Notes: generated by a model from the sequence alone, not told the origin. Positions 12,773 through 21,718 are shown, counted from the stretch's first letter. The stretch: 51,508 nucleotides of DNA from Bacteroides sp. (GCA_051878755.1 JBJEKS010000246.1:1-51508); one strand, 5' to 3'. Program-made: numbers and translations.

Positions 12773-13783
12773 ATGGTTAATTACAAGGAATTAGGTCTGG
12801 TAAACACCAAGGAAATGTTTGCCAAGGCTATCAAGGGTGGTTACGCTATCCCCGCTTTCAACTTCAATAACATGGAGCAGCTCCAGGCTATCGTTAAGGC
12901 CGCTGTTGAGACCAAGTCTCCGGTTATCCTGCAGGTATCTAAGGGTGCCCGTAACTACGCTAACCAGACTCTGCTTCGCTACATGGCTGAAGGTGCCGTT
13001 GAGTACGCTAAGGAGCTGGGTTGCAACCATCCCGAAATCGTGCTTCACCTCGACCACGGTGACAGCTTCGAGCTCTGCAAGTCATGCGTTGACATGGGCT
13101 TCTCTTCTGTCATGATCGACGGTTCTCACCTCCCCTACGAGGAGAACGTTGCCCTGACGAAGAAGGTGGTTGACTATGCTCACCAGTATGGTGTAACCGT
13201 TGAAGGCGAACTCGGTGTATTGGCTGGCGTTGAAGACGAGGTTTGCGCTGAGCACCACACTTATACGAACCCCGAAGAGGTTATCGACTTCGCTACCCGC
13301 ACGGGCTGCGACTCACTGGCTATCTCCATCGGTACTTCTCACGGTGCTTACAAGTTCAAGCCCGAACAGTGCCACGTTGACCCCGCTACGGGCCGTCTCG
13401 TTCCTCCTCCCTTGGCTTTCGAAGTACTCGACGGCGTTATGGAGAAGCTGCCCGGATTCCCCATCGTACTGCACGGCTCTTCTTCTGTTCCCCAGGAAGA
13501 GGTGGAGACCATCAACAAGTACGGCGGCAAGCTGGAAGCTGCTATCGGTATCCCCGAAGAGGAGCTGCGTAAGGCTGCCAAGAGCGCTGTCTGCAAGATC
13601 AACATCGACTCTGACTCTCGTCTGGCCATGACTGCTGCCATCCGTGAGGTCTTCGCTACGAAGCCCGCTGAGTTCGACCCCCGCAAGTACCTGGGTCCCG
13701 CTCGCGACAACATGGAGAAGCTCTACAAGCACAAAATCATCAACGTGCTTGGTTCTGACAACAAGCTGGCTCAGCTGGATTAA
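12773..13783 (+). CDS. fba: Class II fructose-1,6-bisphosphate aldolase
   Basis: Motifs GYAIPAFN, LHLDHG, SVMIDGS, VEGELG, LAISIGTSHG, VLHGSS, KINIDSD and FDPRKYL. Promoter element TACTTTTG at 12725-12732. Confidence 0.97.
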   Translation: MVNYKELGLVNTKEMFAKAIKGGYAIPAFNFNNMEQLQAIVKAAVETKSPVILQVSKGARNYANQTLLRYMAEGAVEYAKELGCNHPEIVLHLDHGDSFELCKSCVDMGFSSVMIDGSHLPYEENVALTKKVVDYAHQYGVTVEGELGVLAGVEDEVCAEHHTYTNPEEVIDFATRTGCDSLAISIGTSHGAYKFKPEQCHVDPATGRLVPPPLAFEVLDGVMEKLPGFPIVLHGSSSVPQEEVETINKYGGKLEAAIGIPEEELRKAAKSAVCKINIDSDSRLAMTAAIREVFATKPAEFDPRKYLGPARDNMEKLYKHKIINVLGSDNKLAQLD

Positions 13784-13821
13784 TCCTGCTCCGCTCAGAA
13801 ACAATTAATTCCATAAGCAAT

Positions 13822-13860
13822 AATCCCCGCAAGGTTCTCAAGCCCTGCGGGGATTTTTTT
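13822..13860 (+). terminator. Intrinsic terminator of fba
   Basis: AATCCCCGCA...TGCGGGGATT stem with a T7 tract. Confidence 0.85.
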
Positions 13861-13911
13861 GCACTTTTTATTTTTGCGCCTTTCCTTTAGGCGTTCGTTC
13901 CAGCGGCTGGC

Positions 13912-15567
13912 TTACTTCTCGTCGCTCTTGCGGATGGCCACACGGCGTATCTTACCGCTGATGGTCTTGGGCAGTTCATCCACAAACTCGATGACGCGTG
14001 GGTACTTGTAGGGGGCAGTGATACGCTTTACGTGGTTCTGCAGCTCCTTGATGAGCGCCTCGCCGGCCTGCTCCTTGTAGGCCTTGCTCAGTACAATGGT
14101 GGCCTTCACCACCTGACCGCGTATCTCGTCAGGTACACCGGTGATGGCGCACTCCACCACGGCAGGGTGGGTCATCAGCGCGCTCTCCACCTCGAAGGGG
14201 CCGATGCGGTAACCCGAACTCTTGATGACGTCGTCGGCACGGCCTACGAACCAGAGGTAGCCGTCCTCATCCTTCCAGGCCACGTCGCCCGTGTAGTAGA
14301 TGTCGTCGTGCCACGCCTCGCGGGTGCGTTCAGTATCGCGGTAGTACTCCTTGAAGAGACCCAGTGGCTTGCCTCGGTGGGTGCGGATGACGATTTGTCC
14401 CTGCTCACCGGCCTCTACCGAGCGGCCGTCGGCATCAATCAGATCGACATCATACTGAGGGTTGGGTAATCCCATGCTGCCCGGCTTGGGAGTCATCCAG
14501 GGCATGGTGGCCACGGTCAGCGTGGTCTCCGTCTGTCCGAAGCCCTCCATAAGGCGGATACCTGTGAGCTGCTTGAAGGTGTCGAACACGGCGGGGTTGA
14601 GTGCCTCGCCGGCGATGGTGCAGTACTCCAGGTGGCTCAGGTCATACTTCGTCAGGTCCTCGTGGATGAGGAAGCGGAAGATGGTGGGCGGTGCACAGAG
14701 CGAGGTGATGTGGTAGTCCTGAATCTTCTGCAGGATGTCGGCGGGGGTGAACTTCTCGTGGTCATAGACGAAGATGTTGGCTCCGGCGAACCATTGTCCG
14801 TAGAGCTTGCCCCATACGGCCTTTCCCCAGCCCGTGTCGGCAATGGTGAGGTGCAGGCTGCCCGGGTGCAGGTTATGCCAGATGGCTCCCGTCACGATGT
14901 GGCCCAGGGGGTAGGTGAAGTCGTGGGCCACCATCTTGGGCTCGCCTGTGGTGCCGCTGGTGAAGTACATCAGCATGATGTCGTCGTTGCTGTTCTTCTC
15001 GGCGGGGCGCACGAAGGGGGCCGCCTCACGGATGCCCTGCTGGAAGTCGAGGAAACCCTCGGGCACTTCGGGGCCTACGCTCACCACCTGCTTCACGCTG
15101 GGTGAGGCAGGGAGTGCTTCGCGGATGTGGTCGGTGATGACTGTCTCGCCGGCGCAGACTATCATCTTGATGTCGGCAGCATTGGCCCGATAGACAATGT
15201 CCTTCTTGGTGAGCAGGTGAGTGGCAGGGATGACTACGGCACCCAGTTTGTGGAGTGCCAGGATGGAGAACCAGAACTCGATGCGCCGCTTCAGGATGAG
15301 CATCACCATGTCGCCGTGGCCAATGCCCAGCTGCTGGAAGTAGGAGGCCGTCTGGTCGCTGTAGCGCTTCATGTCGGCAAAAGTGTATTGGCGGTGCTCA
15401 CCCTTGTCGTTGGTCCAGAGCAGGGCCGGTTTGTCAGGCTCCTGGGCGGCCCAGCCATCCACAACGTCGTAGGCGAAGTTGAACTGCTCGGGCACGCGAA
15501 TCTCCAGGTTGCGTATAAAGTCCTCTTGTGAGGAGAAGGTGGTTTGCTTTAGATATTGATTCAGCAT
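13912..15567 (-). CDS. AMP-binding acyl-CoA synthetase (acetyl/medium-chain type)
   Basis: AMP-binding motif [11 protein letters not shown], plus [32 protein letters not shown] and LPKTISGKI. Confidence 0.92.
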   Translation of the reverse strand: MLNQYLKQTTFSSQEDFIRNLEIRVPEQFNFAYDVVDGWAAQEPDKPALLWTNDKGEHRQYTFADMKRYSDQTASYFQQLGIGHGDMVMLILKRRIEFWFSILALHKLGAVVIPATHLLTKKDIVYRANAADIKMIVCAGETVITDHIREALPASPSVKQVVSVGPEVPEGFLDFQQGIREAAPFVRPAEKNSNDDIMLMYFTSGTTGEPKMVAHDFTYPLGHIVTGAIWHNLHPGSLHLTIADTGWGKAVWGKLYGQWFAGANIFVYDHEKFTPADILQKIQDYHITSLCAPPTIFRFLIHEDLTKYDLSHLEYCTIAGEALNPAVFDTFKQLTGIRLMEGFGQTETTLTVATMPWMTPKPGSMGLPNPQYDVDLIDADGRSVEAGEQGQIVIRTHRGKPLGLFKEYYRDTERTREAWHDDIYYTGDVAWKDEDGYLWFVGRADDVIKSSGYRIGPFEVESALMTHPAVVECAITGVPDEIRGQVVKATIVLSKAYKEQAGEALIKELQNHVKRITAPYKYPRVIEFVDELPKTISGKIRRVAIRKSDEK

Positions 15568-15575
15568 CAGCGTTT

Positions 15576-15610
15576 TTAGTGATTAGTGAGTAGTGATTAA
15601 TGATTAGGGG
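15576..15610. repeat. Heptamer tandem repeat (TTAGTGA)n
   Basis: ttagtga ttagtga gtagtga ttaatga ttagggg fills most of the 43-nt gap between the XRE and acyl-CoA synthetase genes. Confidence 0.85.
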
Positions 15611-16165
15611 TTACATGATGATGGCCAGGAACTTGACGGTGCGCTGGTCGAGGGCCTTCATGCCGTGGGGCAGGGTGGAGTCGAAGTAGATGCTGTCGCC
15701 CTGGTTGAGGGTAAGCTCCTTACCGCCGATGCTGAGTAGCATACGGCCTTCAAGCACGAGGTTGAACTCCTGTCTGGCGTGGGTATTGAAGTGCATGGGC
15801 TCATTTTCAGGCTTGGGCTCTACGGTTACGATAAAGGGGTCGGCGGTGCGGTCCTTGAATCCGGCGGCCAGCGACTGGTAGCGGTACGCTTTGGTGCGTT
15901 CGATGCTTACTCCCTTGCCGGCACGGGTCAGGAAGTAGGTGCTCATCTTGGGCTCTTCGCCAAACATCAGTGCGTCGAGGGCTACGCCGCAGTGGCGTGC
16001 CACCTTCTGTAGCAGGCTGACGGATATGTCGTGTTCGCCGCTTTCGGCTTGGGTCAGTTCGTCGGCGTTGAGCTGGCAGTTGGCGGCCATCTCCTCCACC
16101 GAGAGGTCGAGTACGTCGCGCAGTCCGCGCAGACGCTCTGCAATTTGTCTGATTTGTTCGTCCAT
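15611..16165 (-). CDS. XRE-family HTH regulator with cupin domain
   Basis: N-terminal HTH (IAERLRGLR...LSVEEMA...ESGEHDISVSLL) and C-terminal cupin (QEFNLVLEG, GDSIYFDSTLPH). Confidence 0.92.
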   Translation of the reverse strand: MDEQIRQIAERLRGLRDVLDLSVEEMAANCQLNADELTQAESGEHDISVSLLQKVARHCGVALDALMFGEEPKMSTYFLTRAGKGVSIERTKAYRYQSLAAGFKDRTADPFIVTVEPKPENEPMHFNTHARQEFNLVLEGRMLLSIGGKELTLNQGDSIYFDSTLPHGMKALDQRTVKFLAIIM

Positions 16166-16171
16166 TGTTAT

Positions 16172-16202
16172 TTAGTGATTAATGTTTAGTGATTAGTGAT
16201 TA
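16172..16202. repeat. Heptamer tandem repeat (TTAGTGA)n
   Basis: ttagtga ttaatgt ttagtga ttagtga tta, ending 6 nt before the XRE ATG. Confidence 0.85.
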
Positions 16203-16204
16203 TA

Positions 16205-16302
16205 TGGCACGCAGATGACGCAGATTATAAGGATTCTCGCAGATTGATTTTTTTATTATTTAATCTGTGGTCATCTGTTGCATCTGTGTAATCTGTATGC
16301 CA
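16205..16302. repeat. Imperfect inverted repeat built from roughly 9-bp CRCAGAT-containing units
   Basis: Left arm tggca-cgcagatga-cgcagatta-taaggattc-tcgcagatt; right arm aatctgtgg-tcatctgtt-gcatctgtg-taatctgta-tgcca; T-rich loop. Confidence 0.75.
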
Positions 16303-16307
16303 TTCGC

Positions 16308-17087
16308 TCAGCAGCTGGCTTTGATGGCTTTGATCAGGGCGCTGCTGAAGCCTTCGTGCTCCAGGGTGTTGATGCCCTTGATGGTGATTCCGCCCGGGGT
16401 GCAGACCTTGTCTATCTCTACCGAGGGGTGGGTGTCGTTCTGCAGGATAAGCTCGGCAGCTCCCTTCATCGACTGGGCCACCATCTTCATGCCGTCCTTG
16501 GGGTAGATGCCCAGTTCGATGCCGGCCTGCATGGCGGCCTGGATATACTTCAGGGCATAGGCAATGCCACAGGAGGTCATGGCCGTGGCGGCGGCTATTT
16601 TTGACTCGGGTATCAGCATGGCCTGCCCCATCGTCTGGAATATCTTGAGTAGCTGTTGTTCATCCTCTTCATCGGCTCCTTGGCTGGCCATGAGGGTCAT
16701 GCTCTCGCCCAGGCTGATGGCCGTGTTGGGCACAAGGCGGAAGAGCGCCTTCTGGTGGAGGCCCGTCAGCTCATCCAGTTGGGCCAGGGTGATGCCTGCG
16801 GCCACTGAGATGACAATCTGTTTCTCTTCGCCCCAGGGAATCTCCCGGCAGACTGGCTCCATGAGCCAGGGCTTCACGGCCAGGATGATGATGTCGGCAT
16901 CCATAGCGGCCTCCCGGTTGTCGGTGGTGATATTGATTTCGGAGAATTGCTCCTTCAGTGCTTCGAGCTTGGGCATGGAGGGGTTCGACACCCAGATTTC
17001 ATCTGCTGTGAAGGGACTTTGCGGGCCACACAGTCCGCGTGCGATGGCGCCACCCATGTTTCCGGCACCTATGATAGCTACTTTCAT
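16308..17087 (-). CDS. proC: Pyrroline-5-carboxylate reductase
   Basis: Motifs IIGAGNMG, ILAVKP, ISVAAG, RLVPNT and VCTPGGITIKG. Confidence 0.95.
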   Translation of the reverse strand: MKVAIIGAGNMGGAIARGLCGPQSPFTADEIWVSNPSMPKLEALKEQFSEINITTDNREAAMDADIIILAVKPWLMEPVCREIPWGEEKQIVISVAAGITLAQLDELTGLHQKALFRLVPNTAISLGESMTLMASQGADEEDEQQLLKIFQTMGQAMLIPESKIAAATAMTSCGIAYALKYIQAAMQAGIELGIYPKDGMKMVAQSMKGAAELILQNDTHPSVEIDKVCTPGGITIKGINTLEHEGFSSALIKAIKASC

Positions 17088-17094
17088 TGTTGTT

Positions 17095-17140
17095 CTAGTG
17101 ATTAGTGATTAGTGGTTAGTGATTAATGATTAGTGATTAT
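17095..17140. repeat. Heptamer tandem repeat (TTAGTGA)x6
   Basis: ctagtga ttagtga ttagtgg ttagtga ttaatga ttagtga in the predicted proC 5' UTR. Confidence 0.9.
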
Positions 17141-17151
17141 ATTTTGCGGTG

Positions 17152-17159
17152 CAAAAGTA
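17152..17159 (-). promoter_or_regulatory. -7 promoter element for proC-XRE-acyl-CoA synthetase
   Basis: TACTTTTG on the minus strand, followed by CACCGCAAAA. Confidence 0.65.
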
Positions 17160-17218
17160 CGTGATTTTTTCCATATATTGTGAAGAAACCACAGATTTTC
17201 GCAGATAGTACCGATTAC

Positions 17219-17267
17219 CCACTAATCATTTATCACTAATCACTAATCACTATTTAACTAATCACTA
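17219..17267. repeat. Heptamer tandem repeat in the inverted orientation, (TCACTAA)n
   Basis: ccactaa tcattta tcactaa tcactaa tcactat t taactaa tcacta. The last unit contains the hydrolase TAG stop. Confidence 0.85.
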
Positions 17268-18545
17268 TTTCAGCTTTTCGTCGAAGAAGCGGAGGACTTC
17301 CTGCTGCATGGTGCGGTTGAAGAAGTGCTTTTCGTCCCAGAGGCGGGTGGTGAGCTGCTGCTCGGCACCTTGGCTTCGCCATACTTCGTGCAGGTGGGTG
17401 TAGGCTGCCTCTACGCCTGCCACGGGGAAGAGCTTGTCGCGCGTGCCATTGAAGAAGAGGGCCGGCTTGGGGCAGGCCAGGGCAGCCACGTGGGGGTAAT
17501 CCATGTAGCGGCGCAGGGTGGGGATGAGCATGGAGAAGGCTGATCCTCCCTTGTTCTGGTTGTTGGTGAGCGTCATCAGCTCATCGGTGGTATTGAGCCA
17601 GCTGACGGCTGCCGAGCAGCTTACCACGTCGCTCCACGCTGCCAGCATCCAGGCGCGATAGGCTCCCATCGAGAAGCCCAGGCAGCCGATGCGTTTGGAA
17701 TCGACCATGGGGAGCGAGGCTAGCAGCTCGGCGCTCCGCAGGTCGTCGGCGTGGATGACGGAGGGCCAGGAGCTGCCCATCTGCATCAGGTTGGAGGCCA
17801 GGGCCTGCTGAACGTCGTAGTCGGGTCCCTCCTGACAGCCGCGTTCGCCCCAGAAGAGGGCATCTACGCTCAGCACCACATAGCCCCGTGCGGCCAGCGA
17901 GTCGCCCACAAAGCTACCGTCGTAGCAGCGTGTGGTCCACTCTTCGGCATCTTGCTGCACCTCGGCACTTACGCCGAAGGGGCGTACCATCTTCTCCTTG
18001 CCGATGGTGAAGTGGGCCCCATGGTCGTGGAGCAGCAGCACGGCAGGAAAGGGGCCCGGCCCCTCGGGCACGAGCAGGTAGGCCGGCACGCGACTCCATG
18101 CCGAAACGTTGAAGGTGATGCGGCGTGCCTCGTAGCGGCCGTTGCCGGAGCTTTGCTGGCCGTTGCCGGAGGTTGGCTGGTCGCAGGGAAGGGCCTGGCG
18201 TGGTTCGGTGGCCTCCACTTGCAGTTGCCAGTCGGTGGGTGGGGGAGGGAGGAGTTGCAGGCAGTCGGTGAGGAGTTGCCGTCCTTCGGAGCGCCACTGA
18301 TTGAAGTCGGTGGTGGTGCTTCGTCCCCAGGCCATGGGGAAGGTGAGCTGCTGCTTCAGCTGTTCGTAGAATCGGGGCATACGGCGCGTTATCTCGTAGG
18401 GAGGGGTGGCGGCGGTGTCGGCCAGGATTGCTGTGGTGGTGGACTTGGTGGGGACGGTGTGTTGTGCCCGGAGCGGAGCTATGGCGAGCAGAGCACTGAG
18501 GAGTAGCAACGAGCGTTTCGCAAGGAACAAAAATGGTTTCGACAT
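17265..18545 (-). CDS. Secreted alpha/beta hydrolase (dienelactone hydrolase/Abhydrolase_7-like, possible esterase)
   Basis: Motifs PAYLLVP, FPAVLLLHDHG, nucleophile elbow GFSMG, GTRDKLFP and a C-terminal His (EKHFF). Start moved to ATG 18545, which gives a signal peptide and lies downstream of TAAATTTG at 18579-18586. Confidence 0.85.
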   Translation of the reverse strand: MSKPFLFLAKRSLLLLSALLAIAPLRAQHTVPTKSTTTAILADTAATPPYEITRRMPRFYEQLKQQLTFPMAWGRSTTTDFNQWRSEGRQLLTDCLQLLPPPPTDWQLQVEATEPRQALPCDQPTSGNGQQSSGNGRYEARRITFNVSAWSRVPAYLLVPEGPGPFPAVLLLHDHGAHFTIGKEKMVRPFGVSAEVQQDAEEWTTRCYDGSFVGDSLAARGYVVLSVDALFWGERGCQEGPDYDVQQALASNLMQMGSSWPSVIHADDLRSAELLASLPMVDSKRIGCLGFSMGAYRAWMLAAWSDVVSCSAAVSWLNTTDELMTLTNNQNKGGSAFSMLIPTLRRYMDYPHVAALACPKPALFFNGTRDKLFPVAGVEAAYTHLHEVWRSQGAEQQLTTRLWDEKHFFNRTMQQEVLRFFDEKLK

Positions 18546-18691
18546 ATATATAAATAGGTATATGGAGTAAATCTCCTGCAAATTTAGCGCAAAAAACAAT
18601 AATTCCACATTTTTTGGCGGATAATCTACACTCGCCTCTTTCAAAACGCCTACATTTGTGCCCAGTAAATCTACGTTTAATCCTAAGAATC

Positions 18692-19837
18692 ATGACCATT
18701 ATGACATCGAATACATTTTCATCTCTGCGCAGCTTACGCGAAATCCATAACATCTGTGGCTGTTACGTCATCTTTCTGCTGATGCTGGGGGTGGTGGCCT
18801 GCAGCTCCTCCTCGCCCGCTCAGGCCGATGAGCCTGAATGGCCTGCCGGAGAGACGAAGCCTCAGCATACGTTGCCCTCCGCATTGCCTGGTCAGCCCGT
18901 GGGCTTTGCCTGCCTCACGGCTGCTCCCACGGGTGGGGCGGGTGGAGAGAGCGTGGTGGTGACCACGGCCGCTGAACTGGCTTCAGCCCTGAAGCGTACC
19001 GAACCCCTTGTCATCTACCTGCAAGGGGAGATTACCTTCACCGACATCCTCTCCGTGAAGGCCACCGACAAGACCCTGCTCGGATTGAGTGGCTCGCGGC
19101 TGCTCAGTCAGCAGCGCGATGCGGCCACTTCGGGCATCCTCCAATTCAAGGAGGGCTCCACCAACCTGATTCTGCGCAACCTCACCTTCGAGAGTGCCGG
19201 AGCCTACGACTGCGATGGCCGCGACAACCTCTGCATCGATGGCACCACGCGCATCTGGGTCGATCATTGCGACTTCCAGGATGGTGTGGATGGCAACTTC
19301 GACTGCAAGAACGCTTCCGACGAAATCACCATCTCCTACTGCCGTTTTCGCTACCTCAAGGCCCCACTTGCCGGAGGTTCGGGTGGCTCGCCCGACCACC
19401 GCTTCAGCAATCTCTGGGGCTCAAGCGACTCGCAGACGCAGGACCGTGGGCATCTGCGCACCACCTTCCTGGGTTGTTGGTGGGACGAGGGTTGCCGTGC
19501 CCGTATGCCCCGCGTGCGCTTCGCTCAGGTACACATCGTGGAGTGCCTCTACAGCAGCTCCGTCGCAAGCCGTTGTGTTGAGTTAGGCTATGAGGCCAAC
19601 GTGCGTGTGGAGCGCTCGGTGTTTCGCAATATCAAGGAAATCTATAAAGACCATCTCGGTGCCGACTCCGACCATCAGGGAGTGATTACGCTGACCGACT
19701 GCCTCTACCTCGGTTCCACGGCTGCCGCATCGCTCGGTACTGCCTTCACGCCGCCCTACACGCTCGAGCCCCTCAGCGTAGGCGAGGTAGAGGCCAAGGT
19801 TCGTGCCGAAGCCGGTGCCACATTGACCATTCAGTAA
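18692..19837 (+). CDS. Pectate lyase (PL1) family lipoprotein
   Basis: Motifs TGGAGG, NLILRNLTF, IWVDHCDF, DGNFD and RMPRVR; lipobox VVAC. Start at ATG 18692 or 18701, downstream of TACATTTG at 18651-18658. Confidence 0.88.
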   Translation: MTIMTSNTFSSLRSLREIHNICGCYVIFLLMLGVVACSSSSPAQADEPEWPAGETKPQHTLPSALPGQPVGFACLTAAPTGGAGGESVVVTTAAELASALKRTEPLVIYLQGEITFTDILSVKATDKTLLGLSGSRLLSQQRDAATSGILQFKEGSTNLILRNLTFESAGAYDCDGRDNLCIDGTTRIWVDHCDFQDGVDGNFDCKNASDEITISYCRFRYLKAPLAGGSGGSPDHRFSNLWGSSDSQTQDRGHLRTTFLGCWWDEGCRARMPRVRFAQVHIVECLYSSSVASRCVELGYEANVRVERSVFRNIKEIYKDHLGADSDHQGVITLTDCLYLGSTAAASLGTAFTPPYTLEPLSVGEVEAKVRAEAGATLTIQ

Positions 19838-19866
19838 ACAACTCATAGGCATCATACGCTTCATTT

Positions 19867-19954
19867 CTGAACAGTTAAACATCCACGGCTGGAGAGTTAA
19901 CTGTTCAGCCGTGGATGTTTAACTGTTCAGCGCTGGAGAGTTAACTCTCCAGGA
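19867..19954. repeat. Four 22-bp palindromic units containing a perfect 25-bp inverted repeat, between convergent genes
   Basis: CTGAACAGTTAAACATCCACGGCTG (19867-19891) / CAGCCGTGGATGTTTAACTGTTCAG (19906-19930), then the perfect palindrome CTGGAGAGTTAACTCTCCAG (19933-19952). Confidence 0.92.
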
Positions 19955-19959
19955 TGCCT

Positions 19960-21687
19960 CTATTTCGTGTATGCTTGTTCATGCACACCGGCTACGGCGC
20001 GGCCGCTGGGGTCGTTCTTGCCTTGGAACGAGGCATCCCAGGCCAGGGCCTCGGCGGTGGAGCAGGCCACGCTCGGCACGCTCGGTACACTCCGTGCTGC
20101 ACTCTCGCTGGGGAAGTGCTCCTCGAAGATGCTGCGGTAGTAGTACTCCTCCTTGTTCATCGGCGGGTTGATGGGGAAGCGCTCGGCGGCATGAGCCATC
20201 TGTTCGTCGGTGACGGCTGCAGCGGTCATCGCCTTCAGGGTGTCAATCCACGAGTAGCCTACGCCGTCGCTGAACTGCTCCTTCTGACGCCAAGCCACGC
20301 TCTGGGGCAGCATGTCGCTGAAGGCCTCGCGCACCACCTTCTTCTCTATCTCACGTCCCGGACACATCTTCGTGGCGGGGTTGATGCGCATGGCCACATC
20401 GAGGAACTCCTTGTCGAGGAAGGGGACACGGCCCTCTACACCCCAAGCCGAAAGGCTCTTGTTGGCACGCAGACAGTCGTAGAGGTGCAGCTTGCTGAGC
20501 TTGCGCACCGTCTCTTCGTGGAAGGCCTGAGGGGTGGGGGCTTTGTGGAAGTAGAGGTAGCCGCCGAACACCTCGTCGGCACCCTCGCCGCTGAGCACCA
20601 TCTTGATGCCCATCGACTTGATGACACGGGCCAGCAGGTACATCGGCGTGGAGGCACGCACGGTGGTGACGTCATAGGTCTCAATGAAGTAGATGACGTC
20701 GCGTATGGCATCGAGGCCCTCCTGGATGGTGTAGTTGATTTCGTGGTGCACAGTGCCGATGTAGTCAGCCACCTCGCGCGCCTTGATGAGGTCGGGGGCA
20801 CCCTTCAGTCCCACGGCAAACGAGTGGAGCTGCGGCCACCAGGCATCGCTCTGTCCACCTGTCTCGATACGCTTGGCGGCAAACTTCTTGGCAATGGCTG
20901 AGATGACCGATGAGTCGAGTCCGCCGGAGAGCAGCACGCCGTAGGGCACGTCGCTCATCAGCTGGCGCTGTACAGCCGCTTCGAGGGCATCATGCACCGC
21001 CTTGACCTGTGCCTGATGAGCTACGGGATTCTCCGTGGTGGCAGCGTGGCTACGCTCTGCAGCAGGGGTGTAGTTGTCCTTCACGGCCTCATAGTTCATC
21101 CAGTCGCGTGTGTACCAGCGGGTCATCTTTCCCTCGCGGCTCCAGTAGTAGTGGCCGGGCAGGAAGGGCTCGTACTCGTCGCAGAATCCCTCGAGAGCTT
21201 TAAGCTCACTACCGAAATAGACACGTCCCTCCTTGTCGCGACCGAGGTAGAGGGGGATGACGCCGATGGGGTCGCGGGCAATGAGGAACTCGTCGCGCTC
21301 CTCGTCGTAGAGAGCAAAGGCGAAGATGCCGCTCAGCTCTTCGAGGAAGTGGATACCCTTCTCGCGGTAGAGGGGGAGGATGACTTCGCAGTCGCTACCC
21401 GTCTGGAAATCGTAGCGACCGGCATAGCGGGCACGGATGTCGCGGTGGTTGTAGATTTCGCCGTTCACGGCCAGCACCTGCTTGCGGTCGGGCGAGAAGA
21501 GGGGTTGCCCACCCGACTGGGGGTCAACGATGGAGAGACGTTCGTGAGCCAGGATGGCTGAGCCGCCTTCGTAGATACCGCTCCAGTCAGGTCCGCGGTG
21601 ACGTATCTTTTGGGCCATCTTCAGGGCCTTCTTTCTTAACTCAGGGGTTTGTTCTTTGATGTTGAATATTCCTGCTATTCCGCACAT
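19960..21687 (-). CDS. asnB: Asparagine synthetase B (glutamine-hydrolysing)
   Basis: N-terminal MCGIAG; motifs HRGPD, LAHERLSIVD, NGEIYN, LLSGGLDSS, SGEGADEVFGGY and RVPFLD. Confidence 0.97.
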   Translation of the reverse strand: MCGIAGIFNIKEQTPELRKKALKMAQKIRHRGPDWSGIYEGGSAILAHERLSIVDPQSGGQPLFSPDRKQVLAVNGEIYNHRDIRARYAGRYDFQTGSDCEVILPLYREKGIHFLEELSGIFAFALYDEERDEFLIARDPIGVIPLYLGRDKEGRVYFGSELKALEGFCDEYEPFLPGHYYWSREGKMTRWYTRDWMNYEAVKDNYTPAAERSHAATTENPVAHQAQVKAVHDALEAAVQRQLMSDVPYGVLLSGGLDSSVISAIAKKFAAKRIETGGQSDAWWPQLHSFAVGLKGAPDLIKAREVADYIGTVHHEINYTIQEGLDAIRDVIYFIETYDVTTVRASTPMYLLARVIKSMGIKMVLSGEGADEVFGGYLYFHKAPTPQAFHEETVRKLSKLHLYDCLRANKSLSAWGVEGRVPFLDKEFLDVAMRINPATKMCPGREIEKKVVREAFSDMLPQSVAWRQKEQFSDGVGYSWIDTLKAMTAAAVTDEQMAHAAERFPINPPMNKEEYYYRSIFEEHFPSESAARSVPSVPSVACSTAEALAWDASFQGKNDPSGRAVAGVHEQAYTK

Positions 21688-21694
21688 ATTGCTT

Positions 21695-21718
21695 TAAGTT
21701 TATAAGTTTATAAGTTTC
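21695..21718. repeat. Octamer tandem repeat (TAAGTTTA)x3
   Basis: taagttta taagttta taagtttc abuts the gltD stop in the 31-nt gltD-asnB gap. Confidence 0.7.

Noticed and set aside
16267-16506. ORF starting MVICCICVIC as a Cys-rich peptide
   Set aside because: It is the translation of the 9-bp repeat followed by antisense proC.
19867-19954. Mini-CRISPR
   Set aside because: The 22-bp units are adjacent with no spacers, and there are no cas genes.
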